The notes under the pieces: model-generated
The model's input: only the letters and a program-made list of their open reading frames with translations
The model's database searches: none
Told to the model about the DNA's origin: nothing
Shown here: in pieces, positions 1 through 7,807 of the stretch
Numbering within the stretch: the first letter of the stretch is position 1
Layout: every line of letters begins with the position of its first letter
Position numbers and translations under genes: made by a program
Assembly (NCBI GenBank): GCA_025455065.1
Contig: JALONG010000011.1
Location: 27,738-91,737, forward strand
Source: Candidatus Kapaibacterium sp.
Lineage (GTDB): Bacteria > Bacteroidota > Ignavibacteria > Kapaibacteriales > UBA4661
Reading direction: 5' to 3'
Length of the DNA: 64,000 bases

Positions 1-1
1 C

Positions 2-301
2 GGCATGACCAAAGTAGAGACAGACGCAGCAGTTGATGGCTTCCTCAAAACAGTCGGTGAAGCACTTGCTGATGGGGAACGCATTGAACTCCGCGATTTC
101 GGTGTTTTTGCCGTAAAAAAACGCCGCCCCCGCGCTGCTCGCAACCCGCGTACAGGCGAGCCGGTTGAGCTCGGTGAACGTTTCGTGCCGACCTTCAAAG
201 TTTCCCGCAAACTCCGCGCACGTGTTGATTCCAGCCTTAAATCCGGCAAATCTAAAAACGGCTCGGCAAGCAAAACGGCTGCGAAAAAAGCTTCGGCATA
301 A
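2..301 (+). CDS. HU/IHF-family DNA-binding protein (5'-truncated by window edge), with Lys/Ala-rich C-terminal tail
   Basis: Motif IELRDFGVF...RAARNPRTGE...VPTFK is typical of HU/IHF. The frame is open to the window start and lacks the usual first helix. Confidence 0.92.
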   Translation, partial: GMTKVETDAAVDGFLKTVGEALADGERIELRDFGVFAVKKRRPRAARNPRTGEPVELGERFVPTFKVSRKLRARVDSSLKSGKSKNGSASKTAAKKASA

Positions 302-514
302 TTGCCCTCTTTCGGCAGCGTCGGCGCTTGTTTGATTCAAGTTTGACGTAAGAGAATGCTTCTTGTCGCTTGAGTATTTTTTTCAGAGTCTCGCAAAGAA
401 ATTGCATCGCCCGACAAGGTTTGATGCGTCTTGCGAGGCTCTCCTTTCTTTCTCGTATTGGTGTCAGTATTGCTGCTGATGCTCGTTCCTTGAAACGCTT
501 CACTCTCCGTGTTC

Positions 515-1339
515 ATGCAATCACCCATTTCTACACCACAAGCAACAGAGCGCTTTTGCTCTACCTGCGGCGCTCGCAAACAAGCCGATTCGCCGCAAGA
601 AAAACACGTGCAGTTTTGCTCTTCGTGCGGTTTGGCACAATACACTGTGCCACAATCCGCTACACAGGCGAATACGCCTCGCGCAGTTGCTGTACCGCGT
701 TTTGCACTGGTTATTGCCTGCCTTGCGGTAGTCGTTGTAGGAAGTGTTTCATATGGCATCACTCGGCTTTTCGTGGAAAAACCCACTGAACAGGCACAAG
801 CACAAGCCGGAGCGGAAACAAGCAATGGTCGCGTTTCCCCGTCAGGTACTCCCGACGGAAGCGGTAATGCAAGCGGCAATCCGATGAGCAAGGTATCGCC
901 GGAAATCCAGCAGCGCATCGGCACACTTAGTGATTCCTTAGCAAAAGAGCCGAAAAATGCCAGTGTGTTGGTGCGATTGGCAAATGCGTGGTACGACGCA
1001 GGAGCATACTTCCAAGCCGAACAGCACTACGCCCGTTACTTGAACGAATTTAATCCAAAAGACGTTGCCGCACGGGTGGATTACGCCTACACCATTTTGC
1101 GACAGGGGCGCACTGACGAGGCAATCGTCGAAACAAAAAAGGCACTCGAATACGAACCGCAGCGCATTGAAGCAATGTACAATCTTGGCGTAATGTACTA
1201 CGGCAAAAAAGACTTCAAAACGTCCATTTCGTGGTTTGAAAAGTGCGCGGCGGCTTCGCCGAACACGGAAATTGCGAACAGCGCTAAAGAAATTATTGAA
1301 CGCATTACCAAAGAAATGGCGCAAAATCAAGGCTCATAA
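515..1339 (+). CDS. Membrane-anchored TPR protein with N-terminal zinc-ribbon
   Basis: CSTCG...CSSCG zinc-ribbon, one hydrophobic helix, then TPR repeats (LANAWYDAG, YNLGVMYY). ATG at 515; alternative GTG at 509. Confidence 0.75.
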   Translation: MQSPISTPQATERFCSTCGARKQADSPQEKHVQFCSSCGLAQYTVPQSATQANTPRAVAVPRFALVIACLAVVVVGSVSYGITRLFVEKPTEQAQAQAGAETSNGRVSPSGTPDGSGNASGNPMSKVSPEIQQRIGTLSDSLAKEPKNASVLVRLANAWYDAGAYFQAEQHYARYLNEFNPKDVAARVDYAYTILRQGRTDEAIVETKKALEYEPQRIEAMYNLGVMYYGKKDFKTSISWFEKCAAASPNTEIANSAKEIIERITKEMAQNQGS

Positions 1340-1404
1340 GCCGTGATTCTCAAAACGAACAACTCATAATTAACAAATTCTTTCACTTTTTTCAGGAAAC
1401 CGCT

Positions 1405-1500
1405 ATGCCTTGCGGAAAAAAACGTAAACGTCATAAAATGGCGACCCACAAGCGGAAAAAACGCTTACGCAAAAACCGTCATAAAAAGAAAAAACGGTAA
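1405..1500 (+). CDS. 30S ribosomal protein bS22 (AURKAIP1/COX24-domain small basic protein)
   Basis: Hand translation gives MPCGKKRKRHKMATHKRKKRLRKNRHKKKKR* (31 aa), matching the Bacteroidota bS22 pattern. Too short for the ORF track. Confidence 0.88.
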   Translation: MPCGKKRKRHKMATHKRKKRLRKNRHKKKKR

Positions 1501-1558
1501 GTGGTATTGTTAGAGGAGTATCGGCTTAAAAGCCGCATCACTGCTCATACCGAAAGTA

Positions 1559-1609
1559 AGCAACGCGCTTTGGTTCGTCTGTGTTCCAAAGCGCGTTGCT
1601 GTTTTTTTT
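1559..1609 (+). terminator. Rho-independent terminator
   Basis: AGCAACGCGCTTTGG / CCAAAGCGCGTTGCT perfect 15-bp stem followed by G and T8. Confidence 0.85.
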
Positions 1610-1634
1610 GCGAATATACTGCCATGCCCGAAAG

Positions 1635-1910
1635 CTATCGAATTTGTACCTCCAACGTTTTACCTAACGCAGAAGCATACTGAGAAAGCACCGACAACTT
1701 CACATCGTCGGCATGATTTTCAATATGCGAAATCTTGGCAACGGAAGTTTGGAGTTGAGTAGCTAACGCTTCTTGCGTCATTCCTTCCGATTGACGGGCT
1801 TGCCGAAGCATAGCGCCAATGGTAAACAGGGCGCCCCCTTCGTCGTAGCCATCAGCAAACTCCGCATCGCGCTCTTTGCGTTCTTTGATGTATCGCTGTA
1901 AGTCACTCAT
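1635..1910 (-). CDS. XRE/HTH antitoxin (HigA-like)
   Basis: [34 protein letters not shown]_3 signature; overlaps the toxin stop by 4 nt. Confidence 0.85.
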   Translation of the reverse strand: MSDLQRYIKERKERDAEFADGYDEGGALFTIGAMLRQARQSEGMTQEALATQLQTSVAKISHIENHADDVKLSVLSQYASALGKTLEVQIR

Positions 1911-2263
1911 GGATGAAGTTCCTTTCTACGGAAATAGTCGTTTTTGCGCTCTTCAGCAAGAGTAATTTCTTGCACGGGCGTTTTTTCACTTTTCTTTGAA
2001 AAACCGTTTGTCAAAATAACGAATTTACCTGTATCAAAAAAGCCGAGTAATCGTATAGCAAGACCGCTTGTTTGCACTCGCACTTCCCAAATATCATCCG
2101 TACCGGATAGTTTTTTGAGGTACTCACTTGGCACTCGTTCCAAACGCTCCACAAGTTCCAATGTCCATGTGACTTTGCGTGCTGTTTTCGCAGGCAAAGA
2201 ATCAAGAAATTCTTGAACAGGTACTTGTCCATTTGCCCTGGTATAAAATTGAACGCTTCTCAT
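1907..2263 (-). CDS. RelE/ParE-superfamily toxin (HigB/Gp49-like)
   Basis: FY...PVQEFL...[14 protein letters not shown]...RLLGF...[16 protein letters not shown] pattern; toxin-first order with an HTH gene. Confidence 0.85.
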   Translation of the reverse strand: MRSVQFYTRANGQVPVQEFLDSLPAKTARKVTWTLELVERLERVPSEYLKKLSGTDDIWEVRVQTSGLAIRLLGFFDTGKFVILTNGFSKKSEKTPVQEITLAEERKNDYFRRKELHP

Positions 2264-2424
2264 GGTTAAATATGAGTGTATATTTGTGTCAAATCTTTAG
2301 CAGCTTCGCGGAAATACTTGTTATTCCTACAAGAATCCGTAATTTTCTTTCTTCCTTTTGTAAACAATTTCACCGCTTGACAACGAATTACCAACATACT
2401 TTTTTTCCATTAATCGCACACACT

Positions 2425-2868
2425 ATGCTCTCCGAAACAATCAACGAACAAATGAAAACCGCTATGAAAAGCGGCGATAAACAACGGCTTGAAACCTTGC
2501 GCTCAATTCGCGCTCTTATTTTGGAATTTGAAAAAAGCGGCATTGGACGCGCTATGACTCCCGATGACGAGCAGAACCTCCTTATTTCCGCCGCCAAAAA
2601 ACGCAGAGATTCGATTGACCAGTTCCGCGCTGCCAAACGTGAAGACCTCGCCACCAAGGAAGAAGCCGAACTCGCCATTATTCAGGAATTTCTCCCGAAA
2701 CAACTCAGCGAAAGCGAAGTAGAAACCGTCGTCAAAGGCATTATCGAACAAGTCGGCGCAAAAACCCCGCAGGAAGTCGGTAAAGTCATGGGCGCTGCCA
2801 TGAAAGAACTGCGCGGCAAAGCCGACGGAAACCTCGTGCAGGCAGTAGCAAAGCGGCTTTTGGGGTGA
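2425..2868 (+). CDS. yqeY: GatB/YqeY domain protein
   Basis: MKTAMKSGDK.RL..LR...KKRRDSIDQF...E.AII.EFLPKQLSE...GKVMGAAMKEL.GKADG. ATG at 2425 is more plausible than the ORF-track start at 2179. Confidence 0.92.
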   Translation: MLSETINEQMKTAMKSGDKQRLETLRSIRALILEFEKSGIGRAMTPDDEQNLLISAAKKRRDSIDQFRAAKREDLATKEEAELAIIQEFLPKQLSESEVETVVKGIIEQVGAKTPQEVGKVMGAAMKELRGKADGNLVQAVAKRLLG

Positions 2869-2875
2869 TTCGTTA

Positions 2876-2971
2876 CTTAGGGCTTGGGTACTTGGGGCTT
2901 GGGTCATTCGTCATTGGGCGTAAGTGTATTGTTACCTGACTAATGACCAATGGCTAATGACCAATGGCTCA
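2876..2971. repeat. Two opposed arrays of short 7-8 nt tandem repeats (STRR-like)
   Basis: GGGCTTGG/GTCATTG-type units, then the opposite-orientation array TGACTAA TGACCAA TGGCTAA TGACCAA TGGCTCA. Confidence 0.75.
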
Positions 2972-3027
2972 AAATGTGATTTCTGAACAATTTCAGAACA
3001 TTCATCCACCAATTTTTGCTTAGGTTT

Positions 3028-4059
3028 ATGGACATTCGAGAAGCACAAGTTGAAGATATTTTGGTCAATGCTCCTGCCTTGACCCGTGATATTCTACAAC
3101 TTTCCGAAGATCCAAGACTTGTTGCCCGTCAGATGATACTGCCTTCGGGACGATTAGATATGTTGTATGCGTACCAAAATAAGTTTCTCCTGCTGGAATT
3201 AAAAGTAGAAGCATTTCAACCCAAATTTCTCGACCAAGTTTTGAGCTATCAACAGGATTTGAACAGGTTACAAGATTCGGGGCGTTTATTCGGTGGCATG
3301 ATTCAACCATATCTTTTGTGCCCACATTTTGCAGAACGTCATAGAACCCTCGCGGCGAATGCCGGGGTGTTTTGCGTAGAGTATGAGCCAGAGGCGGTCT
3401 TGAAGTATTTTCACCAGCATTTGCGTCCAGTTGCAGCATTTTCTGATGTAAAGCCTATTGATATTGGCATTTGGAATCTTCACCTAATTCACAGCATCTT
3501 GTACTTTCTTGACCGAACAAGCAGTATTGCGGCATTAAGAGTGCTTGTCGGCGGCTCAAGCAAGACTCTCTACAACAAAATCCGCTTCGCTTCTGAACTT
3601 CGGCTTATCGAATGGGAAGCACATTCAGATGTAATTCACCTTTCCAAACTCGGGCAAAAGTATGTCAATGCCCGTGATACAATGTTCGATGACCGATTGA
3701 GCGAAAACCAAACGCATATTCTTCAGAAAATCATCATACAAAATCCGTTTGAATCATCGGTCATTCTCGGCATTGCATCTATGGTTGAAGCTGTTTTTGT
3801 TATGTCAAAAAATGTCTATCCTGTTCCGCTTGAGCAAGTGAGTGAGTTTTTCACCTTCCACTCAGGAAAGATGTACGATTGGAAAACTCCTAAAGCACGA
3901 TACAATGCGACCCGGATGTACTCTAACTATGCAGTAGATTTAGGGCTTCTGGCAAAAACAGACACATCTTTGTATCTCACTCCGCAAGGATATAAATTTA
4001 CGGCACAAATGCAATTACACAAAAGCCTTAAACTTGTTGATATTCTTGTAGTACAGTAA
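3028..4059 (+). CDS. PD-(D/E)xK nuclease (NucS/DUF91-like N-terminal domain) with uncharacterised, possibly winged-helix C-terminal region
   Basis: E..VED...RQMILPSGRLDML....LLLELK......DQVLSY is a NucS/Mrr-type catalytic pattern. AT-richer than neighbouring genes. Confidence 0.65.
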   Translation: MDIREAQVEDILVNAPALTRDILQLSEDPRLVARQMILPSGRLDMLYAYQNKFLLLELKVEAFQPKFLDQVLSYQQDLNRLQDSGRLFGGMIQPYLLCPHFAERHRTLAANAGVFCVEYEPEAVLKYFHQHLRPVAAFSDVKPIDIGIWNLHLIHSILYFLDRTSSIAALRVLVGGSSKTLYNKIRFASELRLIEWEAHSDVIHLSKLGQKYVNARDTMFDDRLSENQTHILQKIIIQNPFESSVILGIASMVEAVFVMSKNVYPVPLEQVSEFFTFHSGKMYDWKTPKARYNATRMYSNYAVDLGLLAKTDTSLYLTPQGYKFTAQMQLHKSLKLVDILVVQ

Positions 4060-4141
4060 TAATTTCCCCCAACACCGAACTCCGAAAAAAATAATCTCAT
4101 TGAACACTGCGACAATTAACAACCATTTCCCTTCATTTGCT

Positions 4142-4435
4142 ATGCAACTCTCACCCGCACTTTTTTGGGATGTACGTCCCGAAACAATAGATTGGGACGC
4201 TCATGCACGGTTTGTTATTGAGCGTGTTCTGACGCGGGGTACGCTGGAGGATTGGCGGACAATAGTGCGGTTTTACGGCTTAGAGCGTTTGGCTCAAGAG
4301 GTCGTACAAATGCGCTCCTTAGACCGACAGACGCTTGCCTTTTGCAGTGTGGTATTTGATATTCCGAAAGAACAATTTCGATGCTACAACAACTCCATTA
4401 CAACGCCGTCCCTGCGGAAACTTTGGGACTTTTGA
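4142..4435 (+). CDS. DUF6922-like small protein (putative antitoxin partner)
   Basis: LFWDV....IDWD.HARFVIERVL.RGT..DW......YG...FRCY pattern, directly upstream of an AbiEii gene. Confidence 0.75.
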   Translation: MQLSPALFWDVRPETIDWDAHARFVIERVLTRGTLEDWRTIVRFYGLERLAQEVVQMRSLDRQTLAFCSVVFDIPKEQFRCYNNSITTPSLRKLWDF

Positions 4436-5007
4436 GAGATTTACAAGCGCTGGAAATCTTGCGTTCGTCGTATCTTGTCGGCGGAACGGCGCTTGCACTC
4501 TATGTTGGACATCGCATTTCGGAAGATATTGATTTGTTTATTGCAGAAAGTTTTCAGCCTTCGGAATTAGAAGCAATCATTGCGCAAGGGCATTCGCTCA
4601 CGGAAACCGGACGCGCAAAAAACACTCTCAGCGCCCGTATTGATGGCGTGAAGGCTGATATTATCACCTTTGCCTATCCCATGCTTGAGCCTGTCGCAGA
4701 AGTAGAAGGCTTACGTTTGGCTTCAATACCCGATATTGCGGCAATGAAAATTTCCGCCATTATCAATCGCGGCGCGAAGAAAGATTTTTGGGACATTCAT
4801 CATCTGCTCAATCTCGTTTCTCTCGCGGAAATACTGGATTTTTTTCAGAAAAAATTCCGCCAACACGAGATTCTACACGCTCTTCGAGCCTTAACCTATT
4901 TCGATGATGCAGAAAATTTTCCCGACCCGATAACGCTTCTGCCCGTTACGTGGTCTCAAGTAAAAAAGGATATTTCCAACGCCGTACGGCACTTTTCGCG
5001 CCAATAA
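4381..5007 (+). CDS. Nucleotidyltransferase, AbiEii/AbiGii toxin family
   Basis: YLVGGTALALYVGHRISEDIDLF, DIAAMKISAI..RG.KKDFWD. Confidence 0.88.
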   Translation: MLQQLHYNAVPAETLGLLRDLQALEILRSSYLVGGTALALYVGHRISEDIDLFIAESFQPSELEAIIAQGHSLTETGRAKNTLSARIDGVKADIITFAYPMLEPVAEVEGLRLASIPDIAAMKISAIINRGAKKDFWDIHHLLNLVSLAEILDFFQKKFRQHEILHALRALTYFDDAENFPDPITLLPVTWSQVKKDISNAVRHFSRQ

Positions 5008-5035
5008 TTTTCGGACAATCTTCCCCAAACGCCTG

Positions 5036-7741
5036 ATGAATACTATTCTCCCAAATATCTCCACAAAAACCCTAATGCACGATACAATTACCGGCGATTC
5101 CCTCAACAACGACCTCGCAGAGCGCTCTTTGACGGAACTTGAGTTCCCCAAAGTCTTGGAGCGCCTTGCCGATATGACCTATTCTGAGCAGGGGCGCGAA
5201 ATTATTTTGAGCTTGCGCCCGAATCCGAATCTGCCCGAACTCCGCACCGAACTTGAGCGCGTGAACGAACTTGCACGGCTTATCAATCTCGGCGAACAGC
5301 TTCCGATGGAAGGTTTTGCCGATATTCGCCCGATGCTGCATAAATCCCGCATTGCAGGAGCTTTTTTGCAACCGTCGGAATTTCTCGCCGTGCGAGATGT
5401 TATGCGCTCTTCGCGTTTGACACGAAGTTTTTTCAACACACGCCGCGAGACCTTTCCCGTTATGGCGGAAACCTGTCAGCCCTTGCACGAAAATCGTCTT
5501 TTGGAAAAGCATATCGCCGATGCGATTGACGATGCGGGAAACGTGAAAGATACGGCTTCGCTGGAACTTGCACGGATTCGCCGCGACATTATTGACACTT
5601 CCAACAAGCTCCGAAGCCGCTTGCAGAAGATTTTGAAAAAAGTTGTTGAGGATGATGTCGTGCAAGAAGAGTTCATCACGCAGCGCGACGGGCGCTTTGT
5701 GCTACCGATGAAAACCGAGTATAAACGCCACATTCCGGGCATTATTCACAGCGTTTCGCAGACCGGTTCGACCGTGTTTGTGGAGCCTGCCGAGACTTTT
5801 GACATGAACAACGAACTGTCATTGCTCCACAGCGAAGAGCGCCGCGAAATTGAACGCATTTTGACCACGCTCACCCGCGAACTTGCCGAAGAAGCCGATG
5901 ATTTCTTGCGGTCTGTGGGCATTTTGGCGGTGATTGACGCTGCTTTGGCGAAAGCCCGCTATGCCCACGAGTTTGATGGTATCAAACCTGACATTACCGA
6001 TGAAAATGTGCTGGTGTTGTCGAATGTACGAAATCCTGTGCTGTTGCACAATATCAAGCGCGAAAAGCCGCATAAAAACGGCGTTTTGGCTGAAAACCGC
6101 TCAGAAAGCCGCTCGGAAAGAAGTTTGAAAAGTGTTGTTCCGCTTTCGATTGAGTTCGACGGCACACAAGACCTACAAACAAGTATTCATACGGTCTTTG
6201 GGCATTTGATTTCGGGACCCAATGCCGGCGGAAAAACCGTTGCCATGAAAAGTATCGGCTTGAACGTCGCAATGGCGCTTTCCGGCATTTTCCCGTGCGG
6301 CTATTGCAAAACCAATTTCCGCGAGGTTTTTTCGGCGATTGGCGACAATCAATCTATCGAAAACGACATGAGTACGTTTTCCTCGCAGATTTCGCGGTTG
6401 AAGGAAATTCTGATGAACTCGTCGGATTCTTCGCTGGTGCTGGTAGATGAAATCTGCTCCGGCACTGACCCGCAAGAAGGTTCGGCGCTGGCAGTGGGGA
6501 TTTTGGACGGGTTGCTGGCGCGGAAAGCGTTTTTCGTCGTCACCACGCACCAATCCTCGCTTAAAAGCTATGCTCTCACGCAAAACGGCATTATGAACGC
6601 CAGCATGGAATTTAACACCGACAAACTTGAGCCGACCTACAAGTTTTTATCAGGTGTTCCGGGCAATAGTTATGCCTTTGCTTTGGCACGCAATATCGGG
6701 CTTCCGCCGCGTGTCATGGAAAAAGCGCAAGAATACTTGGGCGATAAGCACAGCACACTCGAAGAAAGCATCGAAGTTATTCAGCAATACCGCCGCGAAG
6801 CAGAGAAAATGCGCCGCGAAAGCGAAGACACCAAGCGCCGCGCTGAACAGCGGAAAGCAGAATACGACCAAAAATTCAACGAGTTCAAGCAGAAGTATCA
6901 AGATTTGATGCGCCTTGCAAAGGATGAAGCAGCACAGATTGTTGCCAATGCCAACAAACTCGTTGAAAATACCATCCGCGACCTCCGCGAAGCCGCCAAA
7001 GAAGAACTCGAAATCGCCAAACGCGCCTTGGAGCAAGGAGTTTCGTTGAGGGATAAGGGCGAAGGGATTGAGCGCAGCGCTCAAGGGGATAAGGGCGCAC
7101 AGACACCCAATAACCAAGCCCCAAGTAACCAAGCCCCAAGTAACCAAGCAACCAAGCAACCAAGCAATCAAGCGACCAAAACCCTCGCCGATGTTCGTAG
7201 AGAATTTGAGGCAGAAAAACTGAAAGTGCAGCAAGCGGCTGAGAAGCAAGCACAGAAGCCGCTTGTGGAGGAAGTCGAAGAATTGGAAGAAGGCGACACC
7301 GTTACGATGGAAGATTTTGCAACGCCGGGGGTGATTGAAGCCATTGACCGCGAGACGGGAAGCGCTGTTGTGGAGTTTGATGCCGTGAAATTCCGCACCT
7401 CGCTGGACAAGCTCAAACGCGCCGGATCAAAGCAGGTCAAACAAGCAAAAAAACAGGCGGGAAGCGGTTTAGCAGGCGGAGTTGGTGTGAATTTCGACGC
7501 AAAAACCGAAATTGATTTGCGCGGAATGTACTCCGACGAAGCGATTAAAAACGTTGAACAGGCGATTGCGTCTGCTCTGACGGGCAATGTTCATTCGCTC
7601 CGAATCATTCACGGCAAAGGCACGGGCGCTTTGCGTCAGGCAATTCAACAACATTTGCAACATCATCCTGCAGTAAAAAGCTACCGCAATGGGCTTTTGA
7701 CCGAAGGCGGCGCAGGTGTAACGGTCGTGGAACTCCGATAA
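5036..7741 (+). CDS. mutS2: Endonuclease MutS2
   Basis: LEFPKV N-terminus, Walker A ISGPNAGGKT, LVDEICSGTDPQEG, VTTH, C-terminal Smr domain (IDLRGM...IIHGKGTGALR). Start may be 5075. Confidence 0.96.
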   Translation: MNTILPNISTKTLMHDTITGDSLNNDLAERSLTELEFPKVLERLADMTYSEQGREIILSLRPNPNLPELRTELERVNELARLINLGEQLPMEGFADIRPMLHKSRIAGAFLQPSEFLAVRDVMRSSRLTRSFFNTRRETFPVMAETCQPLHENRLLEKHIADAIDDAGNVKDTASLELARIRRDIIDTSNKLRSRLQKILKKVVEDDVVQEEFITQRDGRFVLPMKTEYKRHIPGIIHSVSQTGSTVFVEPAETFDMNNELSLLHSEERREIERILTTLTRELAEEADDFLRSVGILAVIDAALAKARYAHEFDGIKPDITDENVLVLSNVRNPVLLHNIKREKPHKNGVLAENRSESRSERSLKSVVPLSIEFDGTQDLQTSIHTVFGHLISGPNAGGKTVAMKSIGLNVAMALSGIFPCGYCKTNFREVFSAIGDNQSIENDMSTFSSQISRLKEILMNSSDSSLVLVDEICSGTDPQEGSALAVGILDGLLARKAFFVVTTHQSSLKSYALTQNGIMNASMEFNTDKLEPTYKFLSGVPGNSYAFALARNIGLPPRVMEKAQEYLGDKHSTLEESIEVIQQYRREAEKMRRESEDTKRRAEQRKAEYDQKFNEFKQKYQDLMRLAKDEAAQIVANANKLVENTIRDLREAAKEELEIAKRALEQGVSLRDKGEGIERSAQGDKGAQTPNNQAPSNQAPSNQATKQPSNQATKTLADVRREFEAEKLKVQQAAEKQAQKPLVEEVEELEEGDTVTMEDFATPGVIEAIDRETGSAVVEFDAVKFRTSLDKLKRAGSKQVKQAKKQAGSGLAGGVGVNFDAKTEIDLRGMYSDEAIKNVEQAIASALTGNVHSLRIIHGKGTGALRQAIQQHLQHHPAVKSYRNGLLTEGGAGVTVVELR
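7049..7180 (+). repeat. In-frame short tandem repeat insertion within mutS2
   Basis: GGGATAAGGGCG x2, TAACCAAGCCCCAAG x2, then CAACCAAG-type 8-mers; translated as PNNQAPSNQAPSNQATKQPSNQATK. Confidence 0.8.
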
Positions 7742-7807
7742 AACCTTGATTTTTGAGAGCCTTACAAGATATACGACCATCAAGGCTCTTCTCTTTTTTC
7801 ATGCCTT

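Noticed and set aside
385..442. Hairpin after the HU gene as SRP RNA or riboswitch
   Set aside because: Lacks the SRP helix-8 GGAA loop motif and any aptamer motif I recognise; likely an ordinary stem-loop.
1501..1558. rRNA-like or structured fragment after bS22 (CGGCTT-AA-AAGCCG)
   Set aside because: Too short and only superficially similar to 23S rRNA; consistent with a 3' UTR hairpin.
2179..2424. ORF-track N-terminal extensions (yqeY; likewise E1 12187-12300, accC 33683-33757, barrel 56187-56276)
   Set aside because: The extensions are non-homologous sequence upstream of family-typical starts.
2876..2971. CRISPR array (also considered at 7049-7180, 16513-16561 and 56235-56344)
   Set aside because: Units are 7-15 nt and tandem with no unique spacers; no cas genes.
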